DNA of 64,000 nucleotides, taken from contig JAAETJ010000241.1 in assembly GCA_024228495.1 (NCBI GenBank), positions 4,627-68,626 on the forward strand. The letters are read 5' to 3'. This document shows positions 41,101 through 50,476 of the stretch, piece by piece. The notes beneath the pieces were generated by a model. The model did not search any database. It saw only the letters and a program-made list of their open reading frames with translations, and was not told where the DNA came from. Each line of letters begins with the position of its first letter. Within the stretch, counting starts at the first letter, position 1. The DNA comes from a bacterium. Its GTDB lineage: Bacteria > Pseudomonadota > Alphaproteobacteria > Rhizobiales > JAKIUO01. Position numbers and translations under genes: made by a program.

Positions 41101-41440
41101 CCAGCGCCCCGGCAGTGCCAAGGGCGTAGTGTTCATGACCATCGAGGATGAAACCGGCATCGCCAATCTGATGATCTGGAGCAAGGTCATGGAAAAATTC
41201 CGCAAGACCATCATGACGGCGCGGCTCATAGAAGTGCAAGGGCGTTTACAACGTCACAAAGACATATTGCATGTAGTGGCCGATCGCCTTTATGACCAAA
41301 CGGATTGGCTATCACTGCTGGAAGAGCAGGCACAACAGGACCTCGTATCTCGCACCTCGCACCCTCATGAAGTCCCCGCCGCTCGCCGCAGCCACCCGCG
41401 CAATGTCCGCATCATTCCCAAATCACGGGACTTTCATTAA
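38183..41440 (+). CDS. dnaE2: error-prone DNA polymerase III alpha-like subunit
   Basis: 1085 aa with an N-terminal PHP domain and a Pol III alpha core (GLLKIDILALGMLS, FQIESRAQM). It is the third gene of the imuAB cassette. Confidence 0.9.
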   Translation: MIDTFPYAALQVTTNFSFLRGASHPDELVKTAKRLGLAAIAITDRNTLAGIVRMHVAAKKLDMRLIIGVRLILNDAPDLLCYPKDRPAYGRLSRLLSLGQRRTKKGLCDLALADVAAHQKGQLFIVPPPSQSELSSFGAQLGRLKEQLTAPLYLGLAHNYCGNEQARFNALRQLGTLYKLPLIAASNVLYHQPARKPLADILTCIREKCTIDEAGLRLSPNAEAHFKPSCEMQRLYKGYEDTLARTMEIADHCHFSLDELAYDYPREPVPKGATTQQHLEKLSYEGANWRYPQGLPNKVRASLLHELKLIDELNYAPYFLTVHDIVNFARSKDILCQGRGSAANSAVCYCLGITNVDPTKIDLLFERFISAERDEPPDIDVDFEHERREEVIQYIYQRFGREHAGLAATLITYRPRSAVRDVGKAMGLCEDIVSRLAGTVWGHGHSKKGSKDISDKRVREAGLNADDPRLIRTLQLTTEIMGFPRHLSQHVGGFVLTHSPLCEMVPIGNAAMKDRTVIEWDKTDLAALGLLKIDILALGMLSCVHRSFDLIEQHYDRSLTLASVPREDSDTYDMLCKADTVGVFQIESRAQMNMLPRLKPRIFYDLVIEVAIVRPGPIQGDMVHPYLRRRDGLEEEIYPAPDPRFGPPNELRTILGKTKGVPLFQEQAMRLAMVAADFSPAEANALRKSMATFRHRGTIELLQDKMVERMVTRGYERNFAERCFNQIKGFGDYGFPESHAASFAHLVYISSWIKCHYPDVFACALLNSQPMGFYAPAQIVRDAREHGIKVLPVDVSTSDWDCTLEANGDETWALRLGMRQISGLRRDEAEKIVEARSFTHPHTFHDMEELRTRSHVRCETLEKLAGADAFRSMGLERRTALWHIRGLADATPLPLFAHASASELSLEPKVELPRLPLSAHVLEDYRNTRLSLKAHPLSFLRNRLQAQKALTCLDLMSLHDGAFVKLSGVVLIRQRPGSAKGVVFMTIEDETGIANLMIWSKVMEKFRKTIMTARLIEVQGRLQRHKDILHVVADRLYDQTDWLSLLEEQAQQDLVSRTSHPHEVPAARRSHPRNVRIIPKSRDFH

Positions 41441-41478
41441 AACAAACATCACACAAAATTTATCATGTTGCACAATGA

Positions 41479-43284
41479 ATGTTTTCAACGACCCGTAAAA
41501 CTCCTATATTACAAACTATGACCCCAAACCTAAGTTCCATATTGTCCCTCACATTGCTGGCACTATCGTCTATCTGTATCACAAACCCAGCCACCGCATT
41601 TGATCCACGCGCGGAACCAGAGGGGGCAACAAGCAGCAAACTTAACAACAGCCCTCAAAGCAAAGTCGTAAAAGCAAGGTATCATATGGTTGTTGCTGCC
41701 AACCCTCATGCCAGCGAGGCCGGGCGTGCTATTTTGCGCCGTGGCGGCACCGCCATTGACGCAGCGATTGCCGTACAAATGGTGCTCAATCTTGTGGAAC
41801 CACAATCTTCGGGGATCGGTGGCGGCGCATTCTTGTTGCACTGGAGCCAAAACGAGCGAAAATTAACGAGCTTTGATGGCCGTGAAACGGCCCCCCTTGC
41901 CGCCAAACCAACCCGCTTCATGAAAAACGGCAAGCCCATGAAGTTTCGCGAGGCCGTGCCAGGCGGTCTTTCCGTTGGTACACCGGGCGTTTTAAAAATG
42001 CTTGAAAAAATCCACAAGCGACATGGCCGTCTGCCGTGGGCGCAATTATTCGATCCTGCCATCAAACTATCTATACGCGGTTTTGCCCTTTCCCCGCGCC
42101 TATACACCCTCTTGAAAAAAGCTGACGCCCACAGCTTTAACGGGGCCGCACGGGCCTATTTTTTCGATAAAACAGGAAGTCCAAAACCTGTTGGCACCAT
42201 TCTCAAAAATCCAGCTTTTGCACAAGCCCTGAAGGGCATCGCCCGTTATGGAGCCGATTATTTTTATCACGGACCTCTCGCCAAGCAGATCGCCAAAGCG
42301 GTGCAGACCTCGCACGCCAATAAAGGCGACATGACACCCACAGATCTTGCAACCTACAAAGCCCTTGAACGCTCTCCGATCTGCGTCCCCTACCGCACAT
42401 ATCATGTTTGCGGCATGGGGCCTCCCTCTTCTGGTATGTTGACCATCGCGCAAGTGCTGAAAATCATTGAGCCGTTTTATCTTGGCCGCATCCCCCTCAA
42501 TCGAACGGCTCTGCATCTCATCGCTGAAGCTGAAAAACTCGCCTATGCAGACCGCAAACGTTATATGGCAGACCACGATTTTATTGAGATTCCACAAGGT
42601 CTGCTGGATGCACGATATCTGACAAGCCGGCGCGCCCTCATCAAACCAACCAAAACAATGGGCAAGGCAAAACCGGGCACACCTGTCGCCAGGCAAAAAC
42701 GTACGGGCATTGATGCCACCACAGAAAATAATGGCACCAGCCATATATCGATCATAGATGTGCAAGGCAATGCCATCTCCATGACCTCCTCCATTGAAGG
42801 AGCATTTGGGGCACGCTTGATGGTATCGGGGTTTTTGCTAAACAATGAACTGACAGACTTTTCTTTTCGCCCCAAAGACAAGCAAGGCAGCTTGATCGCC
42901 AACCGCGTTGAACCACTGAAACGACCGCGCAGCTCCATGGCTCCCACCATGATTTTCGATCGGAATGGTCGTCTTCACATGGTAGTCGGCTCGCCGGGTG
43001 GCAGTCGCATCATTCTTTATGTGCTAAAAATAATCATTGGGCATATTAATTGGGGGCTGGATGCGAAAGCGCTGATCGAAATACCCAATTTTGGCTCGCG
43101 TAACGGCCCGCTGGAGCTGGAAAAAGGTCCCGGCGTGCAAATGATTGATACCGGTCTGCAAACCCTTGGACACAAGAACCGCATTACCACGATGACCAGC
43201 GGCGTGCATCTGATCTTGCATAAGGAGAACGCCCTGATTGGGGCGGCTGACCCCCGCCGCGAAGGCGTACCGCTCGGCGACTAA
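41479..43284 (+). CDS. ggt: gamma-glutamyltranspeptidase
   Basis: Signal peptide, GGGAFLL, and an autoprocessing Thr in NNGTSHISIID; ~600 aa. The start may instead be ATG 41518. Confidence 0.9.
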   Translation: MFSTTRKTPILQTMTPNLSSILSLTLLALSSICITNPATAFDPRAEPEGATSSKLNNSPQSKVVKARYHMVVAANPHASEAGRAILRRGGTAIDAAIAVQMVLNLVEPQSSGIGGGAFLLHWSQNERKLTSFDGRETAPLAAKPTRFMKNGKPMKFREAVPGGLSVGTPGVLKMLEKIHKRHGRLPWAQLFDPAIKLSIRGFALSPRLYTLLKKADAHSFNGAARAYFFDKTGSPKPVGTILKNPAFAQALKGIARYGADYFYHGPLAKQIAKAVQTSHANKGDMTPTDLATYKALERSPICVPYRTYHVCGMGPPSSGMLTIAQVLKIIEPFYLGRIPLNRTALHLIAEAEKLAYADRKRYMADHDFIEIPQGLLDARYLTSRRALIKPTKTMGKAKPGTPVARQKRTGIDATTENNGTSHISIIDVQGNAISMTSSIEGAFGARLMVSGFLLNNELTDFSFRPKDKQGSLIANRVEPLKRPRSSMAPTMIFDRNGRLHMVVGSPGGSRIILYVLKIIIGHINWGLDAKALIEIPNFGSRNGPLELEKGPGVQMIDTGLQTLGHKNRITTMTSGVHLILHKENALIGAADPRREGVPLGD

Positions 43285-43381
43285 TTTTATATCTTTGTAG
43301 ACGACCTCAGGACAAATCATTTTTTCCCAGTATTTGACCTAGGCCCTTGCACTATCCTGACAATTGCTCCATGAAAGGCCG

Positions 43382-44383
43382 ATGAGTGAAAAACAACTCA
43401 ATATCACCGTGCGCGGCACCGGCATTGTTGGGGTCTGGCAGGCATTTGTATTGGCATCAAAGGGCCATAACGTCACTCTTGTCAGTAAAACAAGAGAGCC
43501 GTTTAGCGAAGCATCAAGCTGGATCGCCGGGGCCATGCTGGCGCCTTTTTGCGAGACAGAAAGCGCTGAACCCATTATCCGCCGTCTGGGTCTCCAATCC
43601 ATACCTTTGTGGCAAGAGGCGTTCCCCCATATCGAAAACAATGGCTCGCTGGTGGTGGCACAGCCGCGCGACACAAGCGACTTGAAACGATTTGCCCGCC
43701 AGACCAGTGAGCATACGACGCTTGACGCCGTGCAGCTCGAAAAGCTGGAGCCGGACCTTGCTGGGCGCTTTCGCACAGGATTGTTTTTTGCGGGAGAAGC
43801 CCATTTGCAGCCCCACTGGGCGCTCGCACATATTTTGCAAAAAGCCGCGGACGCGGGAGCAAAAACAAAGTTTGGATCCACCGACGTTCCAGCCAATAGC
43901 GATTATGTGATTGATTGCCGGGGCATAGCCGCGAAAGACGAGTTACCGAACCTGCGCGGCGTGCGCGGCGAGATGGCCATTATTCGTACTAGCGAGATCA
44001 GCTTTTCACGTCCCATCCGTCTGCTGCACCCCCGCTTCCCGCTTTATATGGTACCCTGGCCAGAAAATTATTTCATGATCGGCGCCACTGTTATTGAAAG
44101 CGATGACACCGCTCCTGTCAGCGTACGCTCTGGACTTGAATTGCTGGGATCGGCCTATGGCCTGCATCCAGCATTTGGCGAGGCGGAAATTATCAAACTA
44201 TCGGCCGATATACGCCCGTCTTTTCCCGATAATATCCCAAAAATCATCGTGCGCGATAAGGTCCTTCATGTTAACGGTCTATACAGACACGGATTTTTGA
44301 CGTCACCGGCGCTTGCCCATTATGTCGCCGACTATTTGGAGACAAAGGCGGTCAACGAGGAGGTATTTGTCGTTGAACATTAG
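43382..44383 (+). CDS. thiO: FAD-dependent glycine oxidase-like protein (ThiO)
   Basis: GTGIVG dinucleotide-binding motif, ~330 aa, located directly upstream of thiS-thiG-thiE. Confidence 0.75.
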   Translation: MSEKQLNITVRGTGIVGVWQAFVLASKGHNVTLVSKTREPFSEASSWIAGAMLAPFCETESAEPIIRRLGLQSIPLWQEAFPHIENNGSLVVAQPRDTSDLKRFARQTSEHTTLDAVQLEKLEPDLAGRFRTGLFFAGEAHLQPHWALAHILQKAADAGAKTKFGSTDVPANSDYVIDCRGIAAKDELPNLRGVRGEMAIIRTSEISFSRPIRLLHPRFPLYMVPWPENYFMIGATVIESDDTAPVSVRSGLELLGSAYGLHPAFGEAEIIKLSADIRPSFPDNIPKIIVRDKVLHVNGLYRHGFLTSPALAHYVADYLETKAVNEEVFVVEH

Positions 44384-44573
44384 ATTAAATGGCGCGGATG
44401 CGGAAACCGATGCCAAAACCCTGGCCGGACTTTGCGATCAGTTGGGCTATGATAGCGATGCCAAAATCGCCACCGCCGTCAATGGAGAATTTATGGCCAA
44501 GATGCAGCGCGCCAATTACCAGCTTGCCAACGGCGACGATATCGAGATCGTTGCGCCAAGGCAAGGTGGGTGA
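44373..44573 (+). CDS. thiS: sulfur carrier protein ThiS
   Basis: 66 aa ending ...[10 protein letters not shown] (C-terminal GG). A TTG start at 44373 has GAGGAGG 9 nt upstream. The ORF-track start 44313 would add a non-ThiS-like extension. Confidence 0.8.
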   Translation: MNIRLNGADAETDAKTLAGLCDQLGYDSDAKIATAVNGEFMAKMQRANYQLANGDDIEIVAPRQGG

Positions 44574-45379
44574 GCTCCATGATGCTTGAGTTTTACGGGC
44601 AAAAAGTCCAATCGAGACTGCTCATGGGAACGGCTCTTTATCCCTCCCCCGATATTTTGCAAAAAGCAGTGAAAGCCTCCCATGCTGACATTGTCACGAT
44701 TTCTGTACGCCGCGAAGCCGCCACCACTCAATTGGGACAATCCGCTCAATCTGGAGAGGGATTCTGGGAGTTGATCCGTGAGCTTAATGTGCGTCTACTA
44801 CCAAACACAGCTGGCTGTAAGAGCGTCAAGGAAGCAGTGACCACTGCGAAAATGGCCCGCGAGCTATTTGAAACAAACTGGATCAAGCTCGAAGTCATCG
44901 CAAATGACGATATGTTGCAACCCGATCTGTTCGGCCTTGTGGAAGCGGCCAAGATTTTATGCGACGACGGCTTTGACGTCTTTCCTTATACAACCGAAGA
45001 CCTGGGCGCCGCCGAACGGCTTCTTGAGGTCGGATGCAAAGTCTTAATGCCATGGGGCGCGCCCATCGGTTCGGCACGCGGTCTCAATAATCCGTTCGCA
45101 CTGGAAAGTATGCGCGCCTATTTCCCAGATATTCCCCTTGTTGTCGACGCGGGAGTCGGCGCGCCGTCCCATGCCGCCAAAGCGATGGAAATGGGCTATG
45201 ATGCGGTGCTACTCAACACCGCGATCGCCAAGGCAGGAGACCCGGTCTATATGGCCGAAGCCTTCGCCGGGGCAATTGCCGCGGGCCGCTCCGCCTATAA
45301 AGCTGGCGTCATGGAACCGCGGAACATGGCCTCTCCCTCAACCCCGGTTGCCGGTACACCGTTTTTTAAACTGGACTAA
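44570..45379 (+). CDS. thiG: thiazole synthase
   Basis: ~265 aa TIM-barrel sequence (LLPNTAGC..., [15 protein letters not shown]). The start overlaps the thiS stop. Confidence 0.9.
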   Translation: MSSMMLEFYGQKVQSRLLMGTALYPSPDILQKAVKASHADIVTISVRREAATTQLGQSAQSGEGFWELIRELNVRLLPNTAGCKSVKEAVTTAKMARELFETNWIKLEVIANDDMLQPDLFGLVEAAKILCDDGFDVFPYTTEDLGAAERLLEVGCKVLMPWGAPIGSARGLNNPFALESMRAYFPDIPLVVDAGVGAPSHAAKAMEMGYDAVLLNTAIAKAGDPVYMAEAFAGAIAAGRSAYKAGVMEPRNMASPSTPVAGTPFFKLD

Positions 45380-45381
45380 GT

Positions 45382-45984
45382 ATGCCGCCTTTATTGCACC
45401 CGTTTTATCCTGTCGTGCCAGACATCAACTGGCTCGTGCGCCTCGTGCCACTTGGAGTCAAAACCATCCAGCTACGGCTCAAGGATGAGCCAGCGGGCGA
45501 AGTAAAACGCCAAATCGAAATGGCCATTGCTATTTGTGATCGCCACGATTGCACACTCATCATCAATGATTATTGGCGCGAAGCGATTGAACTTGGAGGC
45601 GGTTTCATTCATCTGGGTCAAGAAGATCTGGCGATTGCCGATCTTGAAAAAATCCGCAATGCAGGCATTAGATTTGGGCTTAGCACTCATTCTCATGAAG
45701 AGCTTGATATCGCCCTAGCCGTAAAGCCTGACTATGTAGCGCTTGGCCCGATCTGGGAAACCAGCCTCAAAAAAATGAAATGGCAACCCCAGGGGCTTGA
45801 GCGTCTGAAAGATTGGGCGCAAAAATCACCCGTTCCCGTCGTCGCCATTGGTGGCATTACATTGGAGCGTGCACCTAAGACCCTCACAACCGGCGCTATG
45901 TCAATTGCCGTTGTCACGGATATTGTCTTCCATGCTAACCCGGAACAAAGGGTAAGGGATTGGCTAAACCTCATTAATAAGTGA
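45382..45984 (+). CDS. thiE: thiamine-phosphate synthase
   Basis: 200 aa with IQLRLKD, LIINDYW, HLGQEDL and VAIGGI motifs. Confidence 0.9.
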   Translation: MPPLLHPFYPVVPDINWLVRLVPLGVKTIQLRLKDEPAGEVKRQIEMAIAICDRHDCTLIINDYWREAIELGGGFIHLGQEDLAIADLEKIRNAGIRFGLSTHSHEELDIALAVKPDYVALGPIWETSLKKMKWQPQGLERLKDWAQKSPVPVVAIGGITLERAPKTLTTGAMSIAVVTDIVFHANPEQRVRDWLNLINK

Positions 45985-46034
45985 TAGGGTCATTGATATA
46001 GATAACTGGCCAACTCAATTGGAAAAACCCACAC

Positions 46035-46357
46035 ATGCCTCTTATGGATTTCCTCACTTTCAAGGCTTTTATCAGCACTGAAGTGCTCATTGTTTTTTAG
46101 TATATTGGTGCGGTCGTCCTGCCGTTATTAATCTGGTCGCTATCAAAATGGGTCATACAGAAATATAAAATCGTTGATTTCGTTAATCGACACAAAAACC
46201 TTTGACCGGCCAGCCTTTTGGCAAAACCCGGCGCACGAAAATGATCCTGCTATTCATCTGGCTGTTCATTTTTATGGAGCTGTGTTGGCGTTTGCTGTTC
46301 GAGTTCATGATCGCCTATATGCAAATGCGCGATGCTCTGCTGAGTATTAATTTGTAG
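46035..46357 (+). pseudogene. decayed DUF4282-like small membrane protein gene
   Basis: Translation gives MPLMDFLTFKAFISTEVLIVF*YIGAVVLPLLIWSLSKWV...NL*, then in another frame MILLFIWLFIFMELCWRLLFEFMIAYMQMRDALLSINL*. The N- and C-terminal segments resemble DUF4282. The reading frame has an in-frame TAG at codon 22, a TGA and a frameshift. Confidence 0.5.
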
Positions 46358-46456
46358 AGATCAATAGAGCCAAAATATGGACCAGTAAATATATTTGCTT
46401 CATATAATACACAAGTTATAATGCCGATATCTTTAATAAATGCGTGAGGAAAAAAA

Positions 46457-47029
46457 ATGAAGAAAATTTTTGCCGGATTGATGTGTACTTTTTTCACCTT
46501 GCACGCCACCCTTGCTTATGGAAGTGATCAAGACAAGCTGACAAAGGAAGCTAGAACCGTCATGAAAGGTGTCGGCAAGCAACTCAAGACAACGCTGGTT
46601 TCGGCGATGAAAAAAGGCGGACCCGTGAATGCCCTTGGAGTCTGCAACACCAAAGCCGGTCCGATCACGATGAGAAATGCCAGGGAAACCGGTTGGGATA
46701 TTGGGCGGACCTCTTTGAAGCTGCGCAATCCCTCCAATGGGGCTGATGCCTGGGAACTCGCGGTTCTAAAAGACTTCGAGGCGAAAAAAGCAGCCGGAGC
46801 AAACCCTAAAAAGCTGGAATATTCTGCTATCATCGAAAAAGATGGGAAAAAAATATTCCGCTATATGAAGGCCATTCCTACTGCCGCGCCCTGTCTTCAT
46901 TGTCATGGAAAGCAGATACAAGCACCAGTGAAAGAAAAGATTGCAGCTCATTATCCAAGTGACAAGGCCATCGGCTTTAAACGTGGCGATATTCGTGGTG
47001 CATTTTCTGTGTCAAAAGAGCTAAAATAA
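46457..47029 (+). CDS. periplasmic DUF3365 (Tll0287-like) c-type haem protein
   Basis: Signal peptide, a single CXXCH (CLHCH) near the C-terminus, and the typical tail RGDIRGAFSV. Confidence 0.7.
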   Translation: MKKIFAGLMCTFFTLHATLAYGSDQDKLTKEARTVMKGVGKQLKTTLVSAMKKGGPVNALGVCNTKAGPITMRNARETGWDIGRTSLKLRNPSNGADAWELAVLKDFEAKKAAGANPKKLEYSAIIEKDGKKIFRYMKAIPTAAPCLHCHGKQIQAPVKEKIAAHYPSDKAIGFKRGDIRGAFSVSKELK

Positions 47030-47046
47030 ACAGCCTATCTCGCTGT

Positions 47047-48429
47047 TCAATCACGCTTGCAACGCCGCACGAAATCAACGAAGCGCACGGCCCAGTCATT
47101 TTGAGCAGTAGTACGGTGGTGGCAAAAGCCCGCTTGCACATTGTCCAAGACAATGCCGTCATGAGCACCATCGATACCATGGCCACGCAGCACTTTATGC
47201 GCAAATACCGTATCGTCTGGCAGACCCTCCAATGAGGCATAGTGGAATTCGTGAGCCTTGATGGTCGCGGGCTGCTCATCACCACTTTGCTCGGGCCAAG
47301 CGCCCTGCCCGGTTTCTTGCAAAAGCACCAAACCACGCCCTTGCGGCGCGTCATGCATGGTGACAGTACCAGGGATAAAGCCAACCATTTCGGCGATCTC
47401 ATCTCTCCAGATGATCTGCTTTGAGAGGTACATCAGACCACCACATTCGGCATAGACGGGTAGGCCGCCTTGCGCCGCAACTTTTATATCAGCACGAAGG
47501 GACTTGTTGTTCTGCAAGGCTTTCATATGGGTTTCAGGGAAGCCTCCCCCCAAAAACAGGCCATCAATAGCGGGCAATTTTTGTTCTTCAAGTGTGTTCA
47601 CAAACACCAGCTCCGCCCCCGCATTTTCAAGCGTTTCCAAATCATCTTGATAGTAAAAGCCAAAGGCGCTATCGCGAGCGATACCGATGCGTAACTTGTG
47701 GGGCATGGTTTCAACAACGGGGACAGATTTCGATGTTGGGGGCGGCGGTGCCAATTGTGCCATTTCACTCAGTTGGTCAATATCCAGGGATGCTTCCATC
47801 ATCTTCGCCAGCTCAGTGATACGCTCAGATACATGATCGCTTTCACTGGGTGGCACCAAACCAAGATGGCGCTCTGGTGCCAGCAGGTTATTATCGCGCG
47901 GCACGGAACCAACGATCGATATATCCGTATAGCGCTCTACCGAAGTGCGCAGTTTATCTTCCTGGCGAGGACTGCCAACCTTGTTAAAAATGACGCCAGC
48001 GATATTTACATTTGGATCAAACGTGCTGTAGCCTACCAGCAACGGTGCGATCCCACGCGTAATGCCCATGACATCAATTACCAGAATGACCGGCGCTTGC
48101 AGCTTGACCGCCAGAGCTGCGTTAGAATCCTGACCATCGAGGGCCACGCCATCATAAAGACCCTTGTTGCCCTCGATCAGCCCTATCTCGGAATCAGCCA
48201 GTTTCCGCGCGAACAAATCCATGATCTCCTCGGTGTTCTGAGTATTGAAATCCAAATTATAACACGGGTGATCTGAAGCGAGTTGCAGCCATAGTGGATC
48301 AATATAGTCCGGCCCTTTTTTGAAGGTCTGAACCCTAGAGCCGCGTCTTGTTAACGCAGCCGCCAATCCCACTGACAAAGTGGTCTTGCCCGATGACTTG
48401 TGAGCCGCTGATATATAAAGGTGCGCCAA
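47047..48429 (-). CDS. dsrN: cobyrinic acid a,c-diamide synthase family protein, DsrN (sirohaem amidase)
   Basis: CobB/CbiA N-terminus (ISAAHKSSGKTT) plus a glutamine amidotransferase C-terminus (YAECGGLMYL). It is the last gene of the dsr operon, as in Allochromatium vinosum. Confidence 0.85.
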   Translation of the reverse strand: MAHLYISAAHKSSGKTTLSVGLAAALTRRGSRVQTFKKGPDYIDPLWLQLASDHPCYNLDFNTQNTEEIMDLFARKLADSEIGLIEGNKGLYDGVALDGQDSNAALAVKLQAPVILVIDVMGITRGIAPLLVGYSTFDPNVNIAGVIFNKVGSPRQEDKLRTSVERYTDISIVGSVPRDNNLLAPERHLGLVPPSESDHVSERITELAKMMEASLDIDQLSEMAQLAPPPPTSKSVPVVETMPHKLRIGIARDSAFGFYYQDDLETLENAGAELVFVNTLEEQKLPAIDGLFLGGGFPETHMKALQNNKSLRADIKVAAQGGLPVYAECGGLMYLSKQIIWRDEIAEMVGFIPGTVTMHDAPQGRGLVLLQETGQGAWPEQSGDEQPATIKAHEFHYASLEGLPDDTVFAHKVLRGHGIDGAHDGIVLDNVQAGFCHHRTTAQNDWAVRFVDFVRRCKRD

Positions 48430-48452
48430 AATAAACTCGACAGCCTTAAGGA

Positions 48453-49640
48453 CTACTGATTTTCCGTGACGGGAGCTGGCAGGAACGGCAATATTTTAAG
48501 GGCAAATCCGACAATAAACATCGCCATGGAAACGCCCGCCAGCCCGAGCAGAAGCTCTGGCATAGTTGGCATATAGTTGGCATATACGCCATCCTGGAAG
48601 GTACTGGTTACCCCCATCCCCGGAAACAGGCTCAAGGGATATGACTGACCACCAATGATGATGACATACGTATGAGCCATGCCACCAAGCAGCATCAAAA
48701 TGGAAGAAAAGGTCAGCCCTGCTCTTGAGGATCCAAAATCAGATTTCATCAAAATCAGAAGTGGCAAAACGGTACCAAGGAACACATGCCCGCCCCAGAA
48801 CAACCAGGTAAAGACACTGCCACTCCACAAGATATAGCGCTCAACGCCGATATGCTCTGCCGCATACAAATTGGTGAGATGATGAACTAGGGTAAAATAC
48901 AACATGGCGGCAATAAAGATAATGAACAGCTCGCGCAGTTTTTCCGAAACCCCTTGAGTGAGCAAACGATGACCCGTTGCCTGACACATGGTGATCAACA
49001 CCCATACAGTGAATGCCATGCCATAAACAAAGGAGGAGGAAATAAACAACGGCGCCATGATGGCTGCATCATAAGCTTCACGTGCGACCAGAAACCCAAA
49101 GATGGAGCCTGTACCAGTAGTCAAAATAATCCGCCAAATAAAGGCGCCCCAACCAGCGGCCTTGTTAAAGCGGGTAACGGTCTTGTCCATCATGGTCCAC
49201 AGATAGATCCCGACAATCGTGATAAAGCCAGTATAGAGGATGATATTCCACGCAAAGATGGATTTGAAATTATAATGGGTCATCGCAACGATCAAACGAT
49301 CCGGGCGACCAAGGTCGAGCAAAAGAACGACCAGACCACCAATCAGCAGCGCAATCGCCAAAATCGCAGATAAACGTGCAAAACGTTTGTAGGCCAGTTT
49401 GCTAAAAACAGAAGAAGCAGAAGCCAGATTAAGAGCGCCGGACGCAGAGACGATCAAGAAAACCGCGAACACATGTGGCAGCCCCCAGACAATTTGATTA
49501 TTCATGCCAGTGACGACGTGACCATTGTGCTCCATATAAAAGGCGGCACCCAAGCCGATCGCGATAATCAAAACATGCAGCACCAACAAGATATTGAAAC
49601 CGTAGTTATATTCGCGAAGCTGTCTATATGTCTCTGCCAT
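48453..49640 (-). CDS. dsrP: DsrP, NrfD/PsrC-like integral membrane quinone-interacting subunit
   Basis: 395 aa with ~10 TM helices, located after dsrO. Confidence 0.85.
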   Translation of the reverse strand: MAETYRQLREYNYGFNILLVLHVLIIAIGLGAAFYMEHNGHVVTGMNNQIVWGLPHVFAVFLIVSASGALNLASASSVFSKLAYKRFARLSAILAIALLIGGLVVLLLDLGRPDRLIVAMTHYNFKSIFAWNIILYTGFITIVGIYLWTMMDKTVTRFNKAAGWGAFIWRIILTTGTGSIFGFLVAREAYDAAIMAPLFISSSFVYGMAFTVWVLITMCQATGHRLLTQGVSEKLRELFIIFIAAMLYFTLVHHLTNLYAAEHIGVERYILWSGSVFTWLFWGGHVFLGTVLPLLILMKSDFGSSRAGLTFSSILMLLGGMAHTYVIIIGGQSYPLSLFPGMGVTSTFQDGVYANYMPTMPELLLGLAGVSMAMFIVGFALKILPFLPAPVTENQ

Positions 49641-49699
49641 TTTCTCTTCTCACATTCAAAATTGCGACCCATCAATTCTCGACAAGGAGAACGGGAACA

Positions 49700-50476
49700 T
49701 CAAATATTTCTGTAACGGACACCAGGATCAAGATTGAGATCTGCACGCACCTGCTGGGTAGCCACAGACTTGATCAATTGTGCAAGCTTGCTCGTCTTGT
49801 CATTCAAGTCACCAAATACCATGGCACCCTCGGGGGCCGCTTTCACGCAAGCAGGTTCCTTGCCTTCATCAACCAGATGCACGCACATGGTGCAGCTTTC
49901 GACGGTGCCAATGCCGCGCGGGGCATGTTCTTTTTGATCTTCAATATGTTCATGTACAAAGGAGCGTGCTTTGTAAGGGCAAGCCATCATGCAATAGCGA
50001 CAACCAATACAAATATGCTTGTCGACCAGTACGATCCCATCCTTGCGCTTGAACGATGCCCCCGTTGGACACACATCCACACAAGGGGCTTCAGCACAAT
50101 GCTGGCACATCATCGGCAAAGAGAATTGCTCATCGGTCTTCTTGTTTTTGAGATTAACGCGGCGGATCCATTGCGCATCTGTCATGGGTTTGCCGGTATC
50201 ACGCCAGCCGTTTTCGTCCTGACAGGCCTTGACGCAGGCATCGACATCCTCATCGCTAAACTTTGCAGCATCGATCAGCAATCCCCAGCGTGATTTGGTG
50301 GTCACAGCTTGTTCGGCTGGCTTGGTGATCGCTTCGCCATAAGCGAACAATGTCATGCCAGGGGCGAGCGCAAGTGCTGCAGCCGACCCCTTTAGAAATT
50401 TACGGCGGCCAGCTTCATCGACAGGTGCCGTTTTGTGTTCACCCGCTTCTATCTGACCTTGCTTCAAGGAGATCAT
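49700..50476 (-). CDS. dsrO: DsrO, periplasmic Tat-exported 4Fe-4S ferredoxin-like subunit
   Basis: Twin-arginine signal (GRRKFLKGSAAALA) and several CxxCxxCxxxCP-type clusters. The start overlaps the dsrJ stop (ATGA). Confidence 0.9.
   Translation of the reverse strand: MISLKQGQIEAGEHKTAPVDEAGRRKFLKGSAAALALAPGMTLFAYGEAITKPAEQAVTTKSRWGLLIDAAKFSDEDVDACVKACQDENGWRDTGKPMTDAQWIRRVNLKNKKTDEQFSLPMMCQHCAEAPCVDVCPTGASFKRKDGIVLVDKHICIGCRYCMMACPYKARSFVHEHIEDQKEHAPRGIGTVESCTMCVHLVDEGKEPACVKAAPEGAMVFGDLNDKTSKLAQLIKSVATQQVRADLNLDPGVRYRNI

Noticed and set aside
43285-43381. I looked for a TPP (THI-box) riboswitch upstream of thiOSGE.
   Set aside because: I could not find the conserved CUGAGA or ACCUGAUCUGGAUAAUGCCAGCG-like cores in the 97-nt leader. 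I therefore make no riboswitch call. A covariance-model scan (RF00059) would be decisive, and regulation may reside with thiC elsewhere.
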